From contig JAZPYO010000034.1 of NCBI GenBank assembly GCA_045544195.1, forward strand, positions 18,881 to 82,880: a stretch of 64,000 bases of DNA, written 5' to 3'. The notes below the pieces were generated by a model. The model was not told where the DNA came from. It ran no database searches and worked only from the letters and a program-made list of their open reading frames with translations. Positions 9,251 through 17,655 of the stretch are shown one piece after another. How positions within the stretch are numbered: the first letter of the stretch is position 1; each line of letters starts with the position of its first letter. The DNA comes from Eubacteriales bacterium (lineage in GTDB: Bacteria; Bacillota; Clostridia; Oscillospirales; CAG-272). The position numbers were made by a program, and so were the translations under genes.

Positions 9251-10171
9251 ATGGATTATTTGTCGCTTGAGATTTCATTGGTCGCATTAATACCTGCGAT
9301 CCTTTTGTGCATCTACGTATACGCGAAGGATAAAGTGGAAAAAGAGCCCGCAGGTCTATTGCTTATACTTTTTTCTGCAGGCGCGGCTGCCTGCATTCCA
9401 TCATCGCTTCTTGAAAGAGCTATTGTCGGATGGTTTGACAAGCTGTTCGAAGCACAGGTGTCTTTCGGTCCTGACGGCACACCGTATTATCAGTCGGTAT
9501 CGGCTGATATTGCGCACAAGGCGCTATGCTCGTTTTTGGGCTTTGCACTGATTCAGGTGATCGTAAAATGGCTGCTTGTCGTTCTGATAACCCGAAGGAG
9601 CAAGCATTTCAATTACCTTTTTGACGGCATCGTTTATTCGGTGTTCGTTTCTCTCGGATACGCAGCGTGCGAAAACATTTATTATGCGGCTGTAAACGGT
9701 TGGGACAGGCTTTCGTTGCGTACTGTAACAACGCTGCCGAGCCATCTGTTCGTCGGCATAGTTATGGGATACTGCTATACGCTCTGGCATTTTTATTCCG
9801 CAGCTCAGAAAAAAGAAAAGCAGCTTGTAGCTGACAAGATCCTGAATAAAAGAAAAATAAGATCGTCAGTTGTTTGGGGAGTTGTCAACGTTGCTATCCC
9901 CGTTGTACTGTTCGGCGTATATTCGTTTGCAGGCTCGTTTACAAGCGGTATTATGGTAACGCTTTTTTATGCTCTCGTAATCACAACGTATATATTCTGC
10001 TTTGTCAAAATACATAGCATTGCAAAGAATGATACTGCGGGAACCGTTTTTGTCAACAGACTTATTTTAAAATTCCATCCCGAGCTTGATAAGTCATTCT
10101 TTAATAGGGAAAAAGCAGGCGATGCGGAGTCTGATGAAAACGGCATCGGAGGTGACTTCGATGCAGAATAA
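9251..10171 (+). CDS. PrsW-family polytopic membrane protein with catalytic residues substituted
   Basis: Family landmarks are present: YAKDKVEKEP, FDGIVYSVFVSLGYAACENIYY and PSHLFVGIVMGY. The positions aligned to B. subtilis PrsW E75/E76 read QV (9554-9559), and the position aligned to H175 reads F (9911-9913). Confidence 0.7.
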   Translation: MDYLSLEISLVALIPAILLCIYVYAKDKVEKEPAGLLLILFSAGAAACIPSSLLERAIVGWFDKLFEAQVSFGPDGTPYYQSVSADIAHKALCSFLGFALIQVIVKWLLVVLITRRSKHFNYLFDGIVYSVFVSLGYAACENIYYAAVNGWDRLSLRTVTTLPSHLFVGIVMGYCYTLWHFYSAAQKKEKQLVADKILNKRKIRSSVVWGVVNVAIPVVLFGVYSFAGSFTSGIMVTLFYALVITTYIFCFVKIHSIAKNDTAGTVFVNRLILKFHPELDKSFFNREKAGDAESDENGIGGDFDAE

Positions 10172-11369
10172 AGGATTTAATTTAAGAGCTTCTTTGGCAA
10201 TAGCATTAATTCTGGCATTTGCCGTGTGCTTTTCTTCGTGTGCCGATATACTCGGCACTCCCGATGCATTTTTACCCTATAATGATACGAATTCGGGCGC
10301 GAGCTTGGATACGTTTTCGCCTGATCTGTCACAGGGATACTATTATCAGCAATTGACTCCGCAAGAAAAAAATATATATGACGATCTTCTGAAGGAGATC
10401 AGAAACGGTGGCAATACTTGTACATTCACAAACGGCACGTATGCTGATTTTACAACGTGGGTAGAAAGGGCGGTGTTCGCCATCCATTATGAGCATCCTG
10501 AGCTGTTCTGGATCGCCTGCGGCTATTCATTCAGCTTTTCACAGGGCTTTCTTGATTCTCCGTCATCGTGTAAGGTCACGGTAAAGGAATACGATTTCTG
10601 GAAATACGTATCGAATAAGAAAAAGTATATCGACAGACTGAATGCAGAGGTCGATAAGGTAGCAGCTTTAGCAGATCAATGCTCAACAGATTATGATAAG
10701 GTAAAGTTTGTTCACGATTACATAGCCTTGAATGCATTTTATGATTTTGACGGTCTTGCAGAGGCAAAAAAGACGATGGCTGATGAAAATTCGTTTTACA
10801 TCTACACAGCATACGGCTGTCTTGTAAACGGTAAGACCGTATGCTCAGGCTATGCGAAGGCTTTTCAGCTTATTATGACAAAGCTCGGATATAACTGTAT
10901 ATACTATACCGGCCACGCAGGAGGTCCTCACGGATGGAACTGTATATATCTTGACGATCAGGCATATTGGATAGATATTACGTGGGATGATCCGTCAGAT
11001 GAGGACTCGAAAGGAAATCTTCTGTACCCGAATGAAGCGACATACGAGTATTTTTGTATAAATTCAAATGAGCTTTCGGGAACGCATGTGCCGGATAATC
11101 TGTTTAAAGCACCTGAATGTGTATCGACGGATTTCGGCTTCCACGAGCATAGCGGATACATCCTCGATACCTATAATTTTGATAAGGCAAAACAGATACT
11201 TTCGCAGCAGGACGGCAAAATATCATCAATAAAGTTTTCAAACGACATTGCTATGAATGAGGCTTATAAGGATCTTGTCAGCAACGGCAAAATATATAAG
11301 ATATTTTCAGGCAAGGTTTCTGTTTCTTCCTCAATTCCGCACAGAACGATAACGTTTTATCAACAGTAA
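10161..11369 (+). CDS. Transglutaminase-like cysteine-peptidase-fold lipoprotein
   Basis: ATG 10161 follows a GGAGGTGA RBS and overlaps the prsW-like stop by 11 nt. The signal peptide has a lipobox (LILAFAVCFSSC). An intact C/H/D core is present: VCSGYAKAF, GPHGWNCIYL and WIDITWDD. Confidence 0.7.
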   Translation: MQNKGFNLRASLAIALILAFAVCFSSCADILGTPDAFLPYNDTNSGASLDTFSPDLSQGYYYQQLTPQEKNIYDDLLKEIRNGGNTCTFTNGTYADFTTWVERAVFAIHYEHPELFWIACGYSFSFSQGFLDSPSSCKVTVKEYDFWKYVSNKKKYIDRLNAEVDKVAALADQCSTDYDKVKFVHDYIALNAFYDFDGLAEAKKTMADENSFYIYTAYGCLVNGKTVCSGYAKAFQLIMTKLGYNCIYYTGHAGGPHGWNCIYLDDQAYWIDITWDDPSDEDSKGNLLYPNEATYEYFCINSNELSGTHVPDNLFKAPECVSTDFGFHEHSGYILDTYNFDKAKQILSQQDGKISSIKFSNDIAMNEAYKDLVSNGKIYKIFSGKVSVSSSIPHRTITFYQQ

Positions 11370-11377
11370 ATAAAATG

Positions 11378-11416
11378 GACCGCAAGGCGAACGAAAATGC
11401 CTTACGGTCTTTTGTT
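11378..11416. terminator. Bidirectional terminator between convergent genes
   Basis: GACCGCAAGGC...GCCTTACGGTC stem with one mismatch. It is followed by TTTTGTT on the plus strand and preceded by an A-rich run. Confidence 0.6.
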
Positions 11417-11420
11417 ATTA

Positions 11421-12779
11421 TTATTTTACGGCTCTCATTACCGAAGAGTCGTTCATAAACGTTTCCATATTGTATAGCACGAGTATCTTTGAAATGTCAT
11501 CCTGCGATGCGTACTGTGAAACTGTTTTAAATTCCTCTCCGTTTGGAGTGTAGTAACGCATATCAAGAATTATCAGATCGTAGTGATAAGCAAGAAACGG
11601 AGCTACGCTGTGAGCAAAGCTGTCTTTAATAAGAACGAGCGTTTCACGCTTTTCGTCTGTATTCTTTTTTATTATCGTTATCGGATTGTTTCCGCCAAAA
11701 GACGTGTTGTCGTGACCTAAAAAAACGCTGTACTGATCGGCAGTATCAAGATATGACATATTGTAAAAGCCCTGATAGCTCGTAATTTCATTTCCGACGG
11801 GTATCGTCGTAGTAAACTCATTATCTGAGTCAAAACGGAAAAGTGAGACCTTATCAGCACCCGTGGGGGCAATTCCTGCCTTTGCATAGACTGTTCCGAG
11901 AAAATCATCGCTCTGTATCTGAATATCAAAATCCTCAAGACTTAAGGGTGTTTCTCCGAATGAGTGCATAATTTCAACATAAGCGTAGTATGCGCCGAGC
12001 GTTGTCCAATGGTGGTCTGTTTTGTAATAAACGTATTCGCCGTCTTCATAACGCTCTGTAAGAGGAGTTAAAAGATCTATTGTTTTAAGCTCTGTCTTAG
12101 AGCAGGCATCCGAATACCGTGTCCAGAACTGAGCGTTTCTATCTGCAAACGCATTCGGTAAGTAAGAGCTTGAAACATCAACCGTTCTGCCTGCTACGGC
12201 GGTATAAAGCGTTGCGTTATCCTTGATCTTAGTGTTCAGAAGATTTAAAAGCGTGACGTTTTTCTGTATCGTCGAAAGGGCATCCTCATCCGTCCTTTCA
12301 ACGCTTTTCCCGTTTTCGTCTGTTATTTCGCCTGTAACTGTATCGGGATTTACAAGTCCGCCGTTGATAAACAGGATACCGTTTGACTGACGCTTGAGCA
12401 TAGCAAGCTCGGTATAACCCTTAACGGTACGCAGAGTGTTTCTGGCGGGGAACTGATCTGCATAATAGTCAGCAATCTCATCAAACATACTGTCATTTTT
12501 TTCAATGGCTTGCTTTTCGTCGTATGTCATAAATATTTCATTGAAGCCTTGCTTAAATTCCTCTGCAAATCTTTCTGCCGATATTTCGGGCATCTGCTTT
12601 AAAGCGCGTTTTTCTTCGCCCGAGTATTCCTTATCGGGCAATGCCCAGAACAGTACGGTTATTCCGAAGATAAGAATCAGAAATATTACCATAGTAATAA
12701 TGTCAGTCAGCTTTGTTTTTGAAGCCATTGAAAGCTGCTCATCAAGCAGTATTTCGGCTTCAGGCTTTTTATTGCTCAT
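11421..12779 (-). CDS. DHHW-motif protein (AlgJ/AlgX/DltD-like SGNH partner of an MBOAT acyltransferase)
   Basis: YYKTDHHWTTLGAYYAY motif and a single N-terminal TM helix. The GAAAGGAGAA RBS favours the MSNKK start at 12779. It lies directly downstream of the MBOAT gene. Confidence 0.7.
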   Translation of the reverse strand: MSNKKPEAEILLDEQLSMASKTKLTDIITMVIFLILIFGITVLFWALPDKEYSGEEKRALKQMPEISAERFAEEFKQGFNEIFMTYDEKQAIEKNDSMFDEIADYYADQFPARNTLRTVKGYTELAMLKRQSNGILFINGGLVNPDTVTGEITDENGKSVERTDEDALSTIQKNVTLLNLLNTKIKDNATLYTAVAGRTVDVSSSYLPNAFADRNAQFWTRYSDACSKTELKTIDLLTPLTERYEDGEYVYYKTDHHWTTLGAYYAYVEIMHSFGETPLSLEDFDIQIQSDDFLGTVYAKAGIAPTGADKVSLFRFDSDNEFTTTIPVGNEITSYQGFYNMSYLDTADQYSVFLGHDNTSFGGNNPITIIKKNTDEKRETLVLIKDSFAHSVAPFLAYHYDLIILDMRYYTPNGEEFKTVSQYASQDDISKILVLYNMETFMNDSSVMRAVK

Positions 12780-12798
12780 TATGATAATTCTCCTTTCT

Positions 12799-14217
12799 TC
12801 AGAATCTGAAATATAAGAACGGATTGAAGCTGGAATCAACGAGATATGCACAGCTTACAGCGAATACAGCAAATGCACCGACGGGCACGGCAATACGCCA
12901 TATTTTACCCGCAGCCTCCTTTGAAAAATACAGCTTGTAAAACAGCTTTTTGGGCAGAGGGGTGCAAGCGATGCACAGTATTGCAACAAATACAAGATTT
13001 CGCATGATCTCATATCCGTCTGATGCGTTTATAAATCCGCCGTTTGTAACACCGAACATATTTTTAAGATATGCAATACCTGCGGGCAGATCCTCGAATA
13101 CGAAGATCAGCCAACCGAAAAGCACAATGATAAGCGTGTAAATATGGCGGAAAAATGCAGGAATCTTTTCAAGCCATTTAAGCAGAAATCCCTTTTCAAG
13201 CATAAGAATTATGCCGTAGTACAAGCCCCACAGTATGTAATTCCAGTATGCGCCGTGCCAGATGCCCGTCAAGAGCCATACGATAAGCAAATTTCGGTAT
13301 GTTTTGAATTTACCGTTTCTCGATCCGCCAAGAGGGAAGTATACGTTATCTCTGAACCAGGTGGAAAGCGACATATGCCATCTGCGCCAGAATTCCGTGA
13401 TGCTTTTGGAAATATAGGGATAATTGAAGTTTTCAAGAAATCTGAAGCCGAGCATTTTGCCAAGACCGATAGCCATATCCGAGTATGCCGAAAAATCGAA
13501 ATAAAGCTGGAATGAATAGCAGATTATACCGAACCACGCGGCAAGAACGCTTCGCTCGTCAGCGGGAATATCACGGAAATATTCCCATACCTGTCCTATT
13601 GCATTTGCAAAAACGATCTTTTTACCAAGACCCGCTATGAAGGTGCGAACACCCGAAGCGAAAAGCTCGATGCTTTCGTGACGCTCATTAAGCTCGGCGT
13701 CAACATCCTTGTAACGAACGATAGGACCTGCGATAAGCTGAGGAAACAGCGTAACGTAAGCGCCGAATGAGGTTATTTTTTTCTGAACGTCGGCATCCTG
13801 TCTGTAAACGTCTATCACGTACGAAAGAGCCTGGAACGTATAGAAGGATATACCGATCGGAAGTCCGAGTCCCAAAAGCGGGATATTGACACCGGGTATA
13901 AGATTAAGTATGCTTCCTACGATAAAATCGTAATACTTGAAAAATCCGAGAATTGCGAGATTTATAACAACGCTTATTATCAGAGCAGCTTTCGCTTTCC
14001 GTCGGTCGTCCTTGAATTTATCAACGAGATAACCGCATACATAGTCAACTATGATCGTGAAGATCATGAGGAAAACATATACAGGCTCTCCCCAACCGTA
14101 GAAAACAAGGCTGATAGCCAATAGCCAAATGTTACGCCATTTTTTAGGACATAAAAAATATATGCCAAGGGCTATCGGCAGATAAAGAAATAAAAACTCC
14201 AAGCTTGAAAATACCAT
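12799..14217 (-). CDS. MBOAT family O-acyltransferase (AlgI/DltB-like)
   Basis: N-terminus MVFSSLEFLFLYLP; multi-pass membrane protein; conserved FWRRWHMSLSTWFRDNVYFPLGG histidine motif. The start is trimmed to the M at 14217. Confidence 0.85.
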   Translation of the reverse strand: MVFSSLEFLFLYLPIALGIYFLCPKKWRNIWLLAISLVFYGWGEPVYVFLMIFTIIVDYVCGYLVDKFKDDRRKAKAALIISVVINLAILGFFKYYDFIVGSILNLIPGVNIPLLGLGLPIGISFYTFQALSYVIDVYRQDADVQKKITSFGAYVTLFPQLIAGPIVRYKDVDAELNERHESIELFASGVRTFIAGLGKKIVFANAIGQVWEYFRDIPADERSVLAAWFGIICYSFQLYFDFSAYSDMAIGLGKMLGFRFLENFNYPYISKSITEFWRRWHMSLSTWFRDNVYFPLGGSRNGKFKTYRNLLIVWLLTGIWHGAYWNYILWGLYYGIILMLEKGFLLKWLEKIPAFFRHIYTLIIVLFGWLIFVFEDLPAGIAYLKNMFGVTNGGFINASDGYEIMRNLVFVAILCIACTPLPKKLFYKLYFSKEAAGKIWRIAVPVGAFAVFAVSCAYLVDSSFNPFLYFRF

Positions 14218-14405
14218 AAATTTTATACCTGCACTATAACTTATTATAAAAATTCTAATGTATTCATTACGTTTTTTCAAGAGCAATTTGTATATTAATT
14301 GTGAAACGATTTATACGATTGATTAATTTTCAACAGAATTTTAAATGAAAAATTATGCAATATGTCAATAGAAAAGTTTTTTTATTAGTGGTAGAATGTA
14401 TCCGA

Positions 14406-14515
14406 CAGAGTAGGATATAAAGCGTATGCAACATCGTTGCAGTGTCGGCGGAACGGGGAGTTGTCCGCCGAACGAATTGCCTTTCGGGCTGCGGTTTTAT
14501 ATCCGCATCCCGCTG
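14406..14515 (+). promoter_or_regulatory. THF (tetrahydrofolate) riboswitch aptamer, folT class
   Basis: CAGAGUAGGAUAUAAAGCGU...ACGAAUUGC...GCUGCGGUUUUAUAUCCGCAUCCCGCUG parallels the Eubacterium siraeum folT aptamer as I recall it (AGAGUAG, GCGU, ACGAAGC, GCGG and GCAUCCGCU blocks; P1 CAGAG/CGCUG; P2 GAUAUAAA/UUUAUAUC). It lies upstream of a folate ECF S-component gene. Confidence 0.8.
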
Positions 14516-14531
14516 GCTTACAAAAAATCGG

Positions 14532-14564
14532 CGAGGGGGCTTTCTGCCCTCTCGATTTGTTTTC
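14532..14564 (+). terminator. Intrinsic terminator forming the riboswitch expression platform
   Basis: CGAGGGGGC-TTTCT-GCCCTCTCG (9 bp, one G-U pair) followed by ATTTGTTTT, about 40 nt before the folT start. Confidence 0.7.
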
Positions 14565-14601
14565 CTATGGGAAATTCTCTCTGTTCAGAAGAGAGGAAAA
14601 T

Positions 14602-15378
14602 ATGCTTAAGTACAAACTAAACAGAAACGTCTTTATGTGCGGTATAGTGTTACTGATAATGCAGTTTTTGACGCTTGCCGTGCGAACGGTATCGTATGCG
14701 GCGGTCAAGGGCGTTCCGCTTACGTTAAAGGCTATAATACCGACAAGCGTGCCCAGGCTCTTTTTGTTCTGGGGAATGGGCATAGCAGGCGTGATCGTGC
14801 TGGTAGCTGCGTGCAGTATAAAAATGGGAAATGCACTGTATGCCGACGGGCGCGTTGCGACAACGCAGACGAGAACAAAAAAGCTCGTTATGTGCGCTTT
14901 GCTTCTTGCTATGTGCGGCGTCGTATCGCTTGTTGAAATAATGCCCGTGCAGGAAATGAAGATAACCTTTACGTTTCTTTTTATAGGACTGTGCGGATAT
15001 TTATACGGTCCTGCAACAGGTATGGCGTTCGGCGCAGGTGCTGATATAGTGGGCTATATTATAAATCCCGCAGGAGGTATGCTTTTTCCCGGCTTTACAC
15101 TTACTGCGCTGATAAGCGGTATGCTTTACGGTGTGATCATGCACAGAAAAGCCACAGGAGCTAAAATGCCCCTGTGGCGTGTAATTACAGCAAAATGCGC
15201 CGATACGCTTATCTGCAATATCATATTGAATACGTTTTGCTGCAGCTTACTGTACGGTGATACATTTATTGCGCTTTTGCCTATGCGTATTGCCAAAAAC
15301 CTTATTATGCTGCCGTTCGAAGCAGCATTGCTGTTCGGCGCGGTCAAGCTGATGGAAAGGTACGGAAAGAATATTTAA
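14602..15378 (+). CDS. folT: Folate-family ECF transporter S component with an extra N-terminal membrane segment
   Basis: ATG 14602 follows a GAGAGGAAAA RBS downstream of the riboswitch terminator. The C-terminal ~175 aa (TRTKKLVMCALLLAMCGVV...YGPATGMAFGAGADIVGYIINP...FPGFTLTALISGMLYG) look like FolT. Confidence 0.75.
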   Translation: MLKYKLNRNVFMCGIVLLIMQFLTLAVRTVSYAAVKGVPLTLKAIIPTSVPRLFLFWGMGIAGVIVLVAACSIKMGNALYADGRVATTQTRTKKLVMCALLLAMCGVVSLVEIMPVQEMKITFTFLFIGLCGYLYGPATGMAFGAGADIVGYIINPAGGMLFPGFTLTALISGMLYGVIMHRKATGAKMPLWRVITAKCADTLICNIILNTFCCSLLYGDTFIALLPMRIAKNLIMLPFEAALLFGAVKLMERYGKNI

Positions 15379-16892
15379 GCCAAGGTCAGCTTATCATATT
15401 CCTCAATGAGCTCAACGGCTATTTCGTCATCTCTCTTATACGGTATGTTTGAGCCGTTTATAACCACATATGCCTGACGTCCCTTCCCGGCAAGCACGAT
15501 GATGCTTCCGGCAGGGGCGTTTTTGAATGCTGTGCGGATGGCTTCCTCGCGGTCAACGATTATATCGTAGCTCCCGCCTGCATTTTCTACATAAACGGCT
15601 ATTTCACGCGCGATCTGCTCGGGATCCTCAAAATTCGGATCGTCCGACGTTATATATGTGTGATCTGCTAATTTTCCCGACGCGGTGCCAAGATCCCGCC
15701 GTCTGTTAAGTGCCTTGCCTCCCGGAGCGCCGAATACCATTATCAGCCGTCTTCCCGGATATTCTGCTCTGAGTGAGGTTATAAGCGTTTCGAACGACAG
15801 GGTATTGTGCGCATAATCGGTGCATATCGCTATCGAATTATCCTTAGTTGTATACATTTCCATTCTGCCCGGAACTTTTACGCTTTCAAATGCTTTTCTT
15901 ACAGTCTGGGCGGAAATTCCGAGATGCATTGTTGCAGCTATTGCCGCGGCAGCGTTTTCAACGTTGAAAAATCCCGGCACGGAAAGAGTAAACTCCTCAT
16001 CATAATTATCGGTCCTGCAACGGAAAACGGTGTTGCTTCCCGATTTGCTCATATCGTAAATGTAAACGTCAGATGTCGGAGATTTTCCGAATGTTACAAC
16101 TGTGTCACAGCTGTCAACGGCGTTTTGAAGTATTCTGTCAGCAAACTCGCAATCGGCGTTGACGACAGCGCGCTTACACTGCTTGAACAGACGGAGCTTC
16201 GTTGAAAAATAATCTTCAAAATCCTTATGCTCATTAGGGCTTATGTGATCCTGCCCGATGTTCAGAAAAACACCTGTATCAAAATCAATGCCGTTTATAC
16301 GGCACTGCTTTATGCCCTGACTTGATACCTCAATTGAAAAAGCGTCGAGCTTTGCTGAAACGCCGTTTGAAAGAAAACGCTGTAATTCGTACGATTCGGG
16401 TGTTGAGTTAACAGCTTCCTCATATGTCAGCCCGTCAAACGTTTCTATTGTTGAAATAAGACCGCAACGGGATCCGTTTACAGAATCGTAATGAGCATCA
16501 AGGATCTGCTTTATAAAAAGACACACGGTGCTTTTTCCTTTAGTTCCCGTAACGGCAAACGTCTGCAGTGAGGAAGACGGATAATTGAAAAACATATTTG
16601 ATATTTCCGCAAGCGCCTTGCGTCCGTCGCTGACAATTATATACGGGATGTCGGAATGATTTAAGTATTTCTTTTCGGAAATGTAGAAGCTCGCGCCAAG
16701 CTCTATGGCGGAGATCAGGTACTCCTGCTTGAACGCTTCGCCCTTGCAAACAAAAAGACAGCCGGGCTTTGCGTTTGATGAGTTGTAGCAGATGCTTCTT
16801 ACGGGAGTGCTTTCGCAATCGTAAAAATCACAGTAGGACACGAGTCCCTTGTCGAAAAGCAGCTTGTAATAATCGAAAAATGTATGTGCCAT
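15375..16892 (-). CDS. murE: UDP-N-acetylmuramoyl-L-alanyl-D-glutamate--diamino-acid ligase (MurE)
   Basis: Mur ligase P-loop VTGTKGKSTV; NVENAAAAIA; C-terminal TSDDPNFEDP at the position of the DNPR specificity motif. 505 aa. Confidence 0.85.
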   Translation of the reverse strand: MAHTFFDYYKLLFDKGLVSYCDFYDCESTPVRSICYNSSNAKPGCLFVCKGEAFKQEYLISAIELGASFYISEKKYLNHSDIPYIIVSDGRKALAEISNMFFNYPSSSLQTFAVTGTKGKSTVCLFIKQILDAHYDSVNGSRCGLISTIETFDGLTYEEAVNSTPESYELQRFLSNGVSAKLDAFSIEVSSQGIKQCRINGIDFDTGVFLNIGQDHISPNEHKDFEDYFSTKLRLFKQCKRAVVNADCEFADRILQNAVDSCDTVVTFGKSPTSDVYIYDMSKSGSNTVFRCRTDNYDEEFTLSVPGFFNVENAAAAIAATMHLGISAQTVRKAFESVKVPGRMEMYTTKDNSIAICTDYAHNTLSFETLITSLRAEYPGRRLIMVFGAPGGKALNRRRDLGTASGKLADHTYITSDDPNFEDPEQIAREIAVYVENAGGSYDIIVDREEAIRTAFKNAPAGSIIVLAGKGRQAYVVINGSNIPYKRDDEIAVELIEEYDKLTLA

Positions 16893-17002
16893 AGAAAAAT
16901 CACTTTCTGATAAATTTTTCGTATAGATCTACGTTTGACTACTATTATACGCTTTTTTTAAAAAAAATCAAGAGAAATATGTAATATTAACAATTTAACG
17001 TA

Positions 17003-17031
17003 TTGCAAAAGATGCGGAAATATGATATAAT
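17003..17031 (+). promoter_or_regulatory. Sigma-A-type promoter with extended -10
   Basis: TTGCAA (17003-17008), 17-nt spacer, TGaTATAAT (-10 at 17026-17031). Confidence 0.5.
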
Positions 17032-17073
17032 CACAGTAGAAAATGATTTCTCTCATTTATATAGGAGGAGTAT

Positions 17074-17655
17074 ATGGAAATATCCAATTTGAAACAAATA
17101 GGCGAGCGTCTTGCCGATCTTCGTGACATTCTCGGTTATTCGACCAAGGATATGGCAGAATTCACAAATACAACAGAAGAAGAGTATATCCTTTGCGAAA
17201 ACGGTGAAAAGGATATTTCAATATCGTTTCTTATCAAGTGTGCGCAAAAGCTCAGAGTCGATATAAGCGACCTTATTCTCGGTGAAACTCCAAAGCTTTC
17301 CGTTTATTCTGTGACGAGAAAGGGCGAGGGCTTGCCTGTTGAAAGACGCGCAAGTCTTGCATATCAGAATATGGCGTATCTTTTCGGAGACCGTAAGATA
17401 GAGCCGTTTATAGTAGTAGCGCCGTACAGCGAAGAAGAGCAGAAAAAGCCTGTTCATATGTGTGTTCACGACGGACACGAGTTCGATATGGTGCTCAGCG
17501 GCACGCTTAAGATGATAGTAAACGATAAGACGGAAATATTGAACGAGGGAGACTGTATCTACCTCAACTCAAAATGGCCTCACGGTATGATAGCGATAAA
17601 CGGTGAAGATTGCCGCTTCCTTGCGATCGTAATACCCGAAACCGACGAGACATGA
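17074..17655 (+). CDS. XRE-family HTH regulator with a C-terminal cupin domain
   Basis: N-terminal HTH (IGERLADLRDILGYSTKDMAEFTNTTEEEY) and a C-terminal cupin (HDGHEFDMVLSGTL...GDCIYLNSKWPHGM). AGGAGG RBS. Confidence 0.8.
   Translation: MEISNLKQIGERLADLRDILGYSTKDMAEFTNTTEEEYILCENGEKDISISFLIKCAQKLRVDISDLILGETPKLSVYSVTRKGEGLPVERRASLAYQNMAYLFGDRKIEPFIVVAPYSEEEQKKPVHMCVHDGHEFDMVLSGTLKMIVNDKTEILNEGDCIYLNSKWPHGMIAINGEDCRFLAIVIPETDET

Noticed and set aside
10086-10160. ORF-track N-terminal extensions at 10086, 12851, 14286, 17610, 18489, 32338, 36907, 47776 and 50414.
   Set aside because: In each case an internal ATG preceded by a good Shine-Dalgarno sequence gives the canonical family N-terminus. 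The extension overlaps the upstream gene, a promoter or a terminator.
14426-14620. The 64-aa ORF and the 55-codon N-terminal extension of the 14437 ORF.
   Set aside because: Both lie entirely within the THF riboswitch aptamer and its terminator. The real folT start with an RBS is at 14602.
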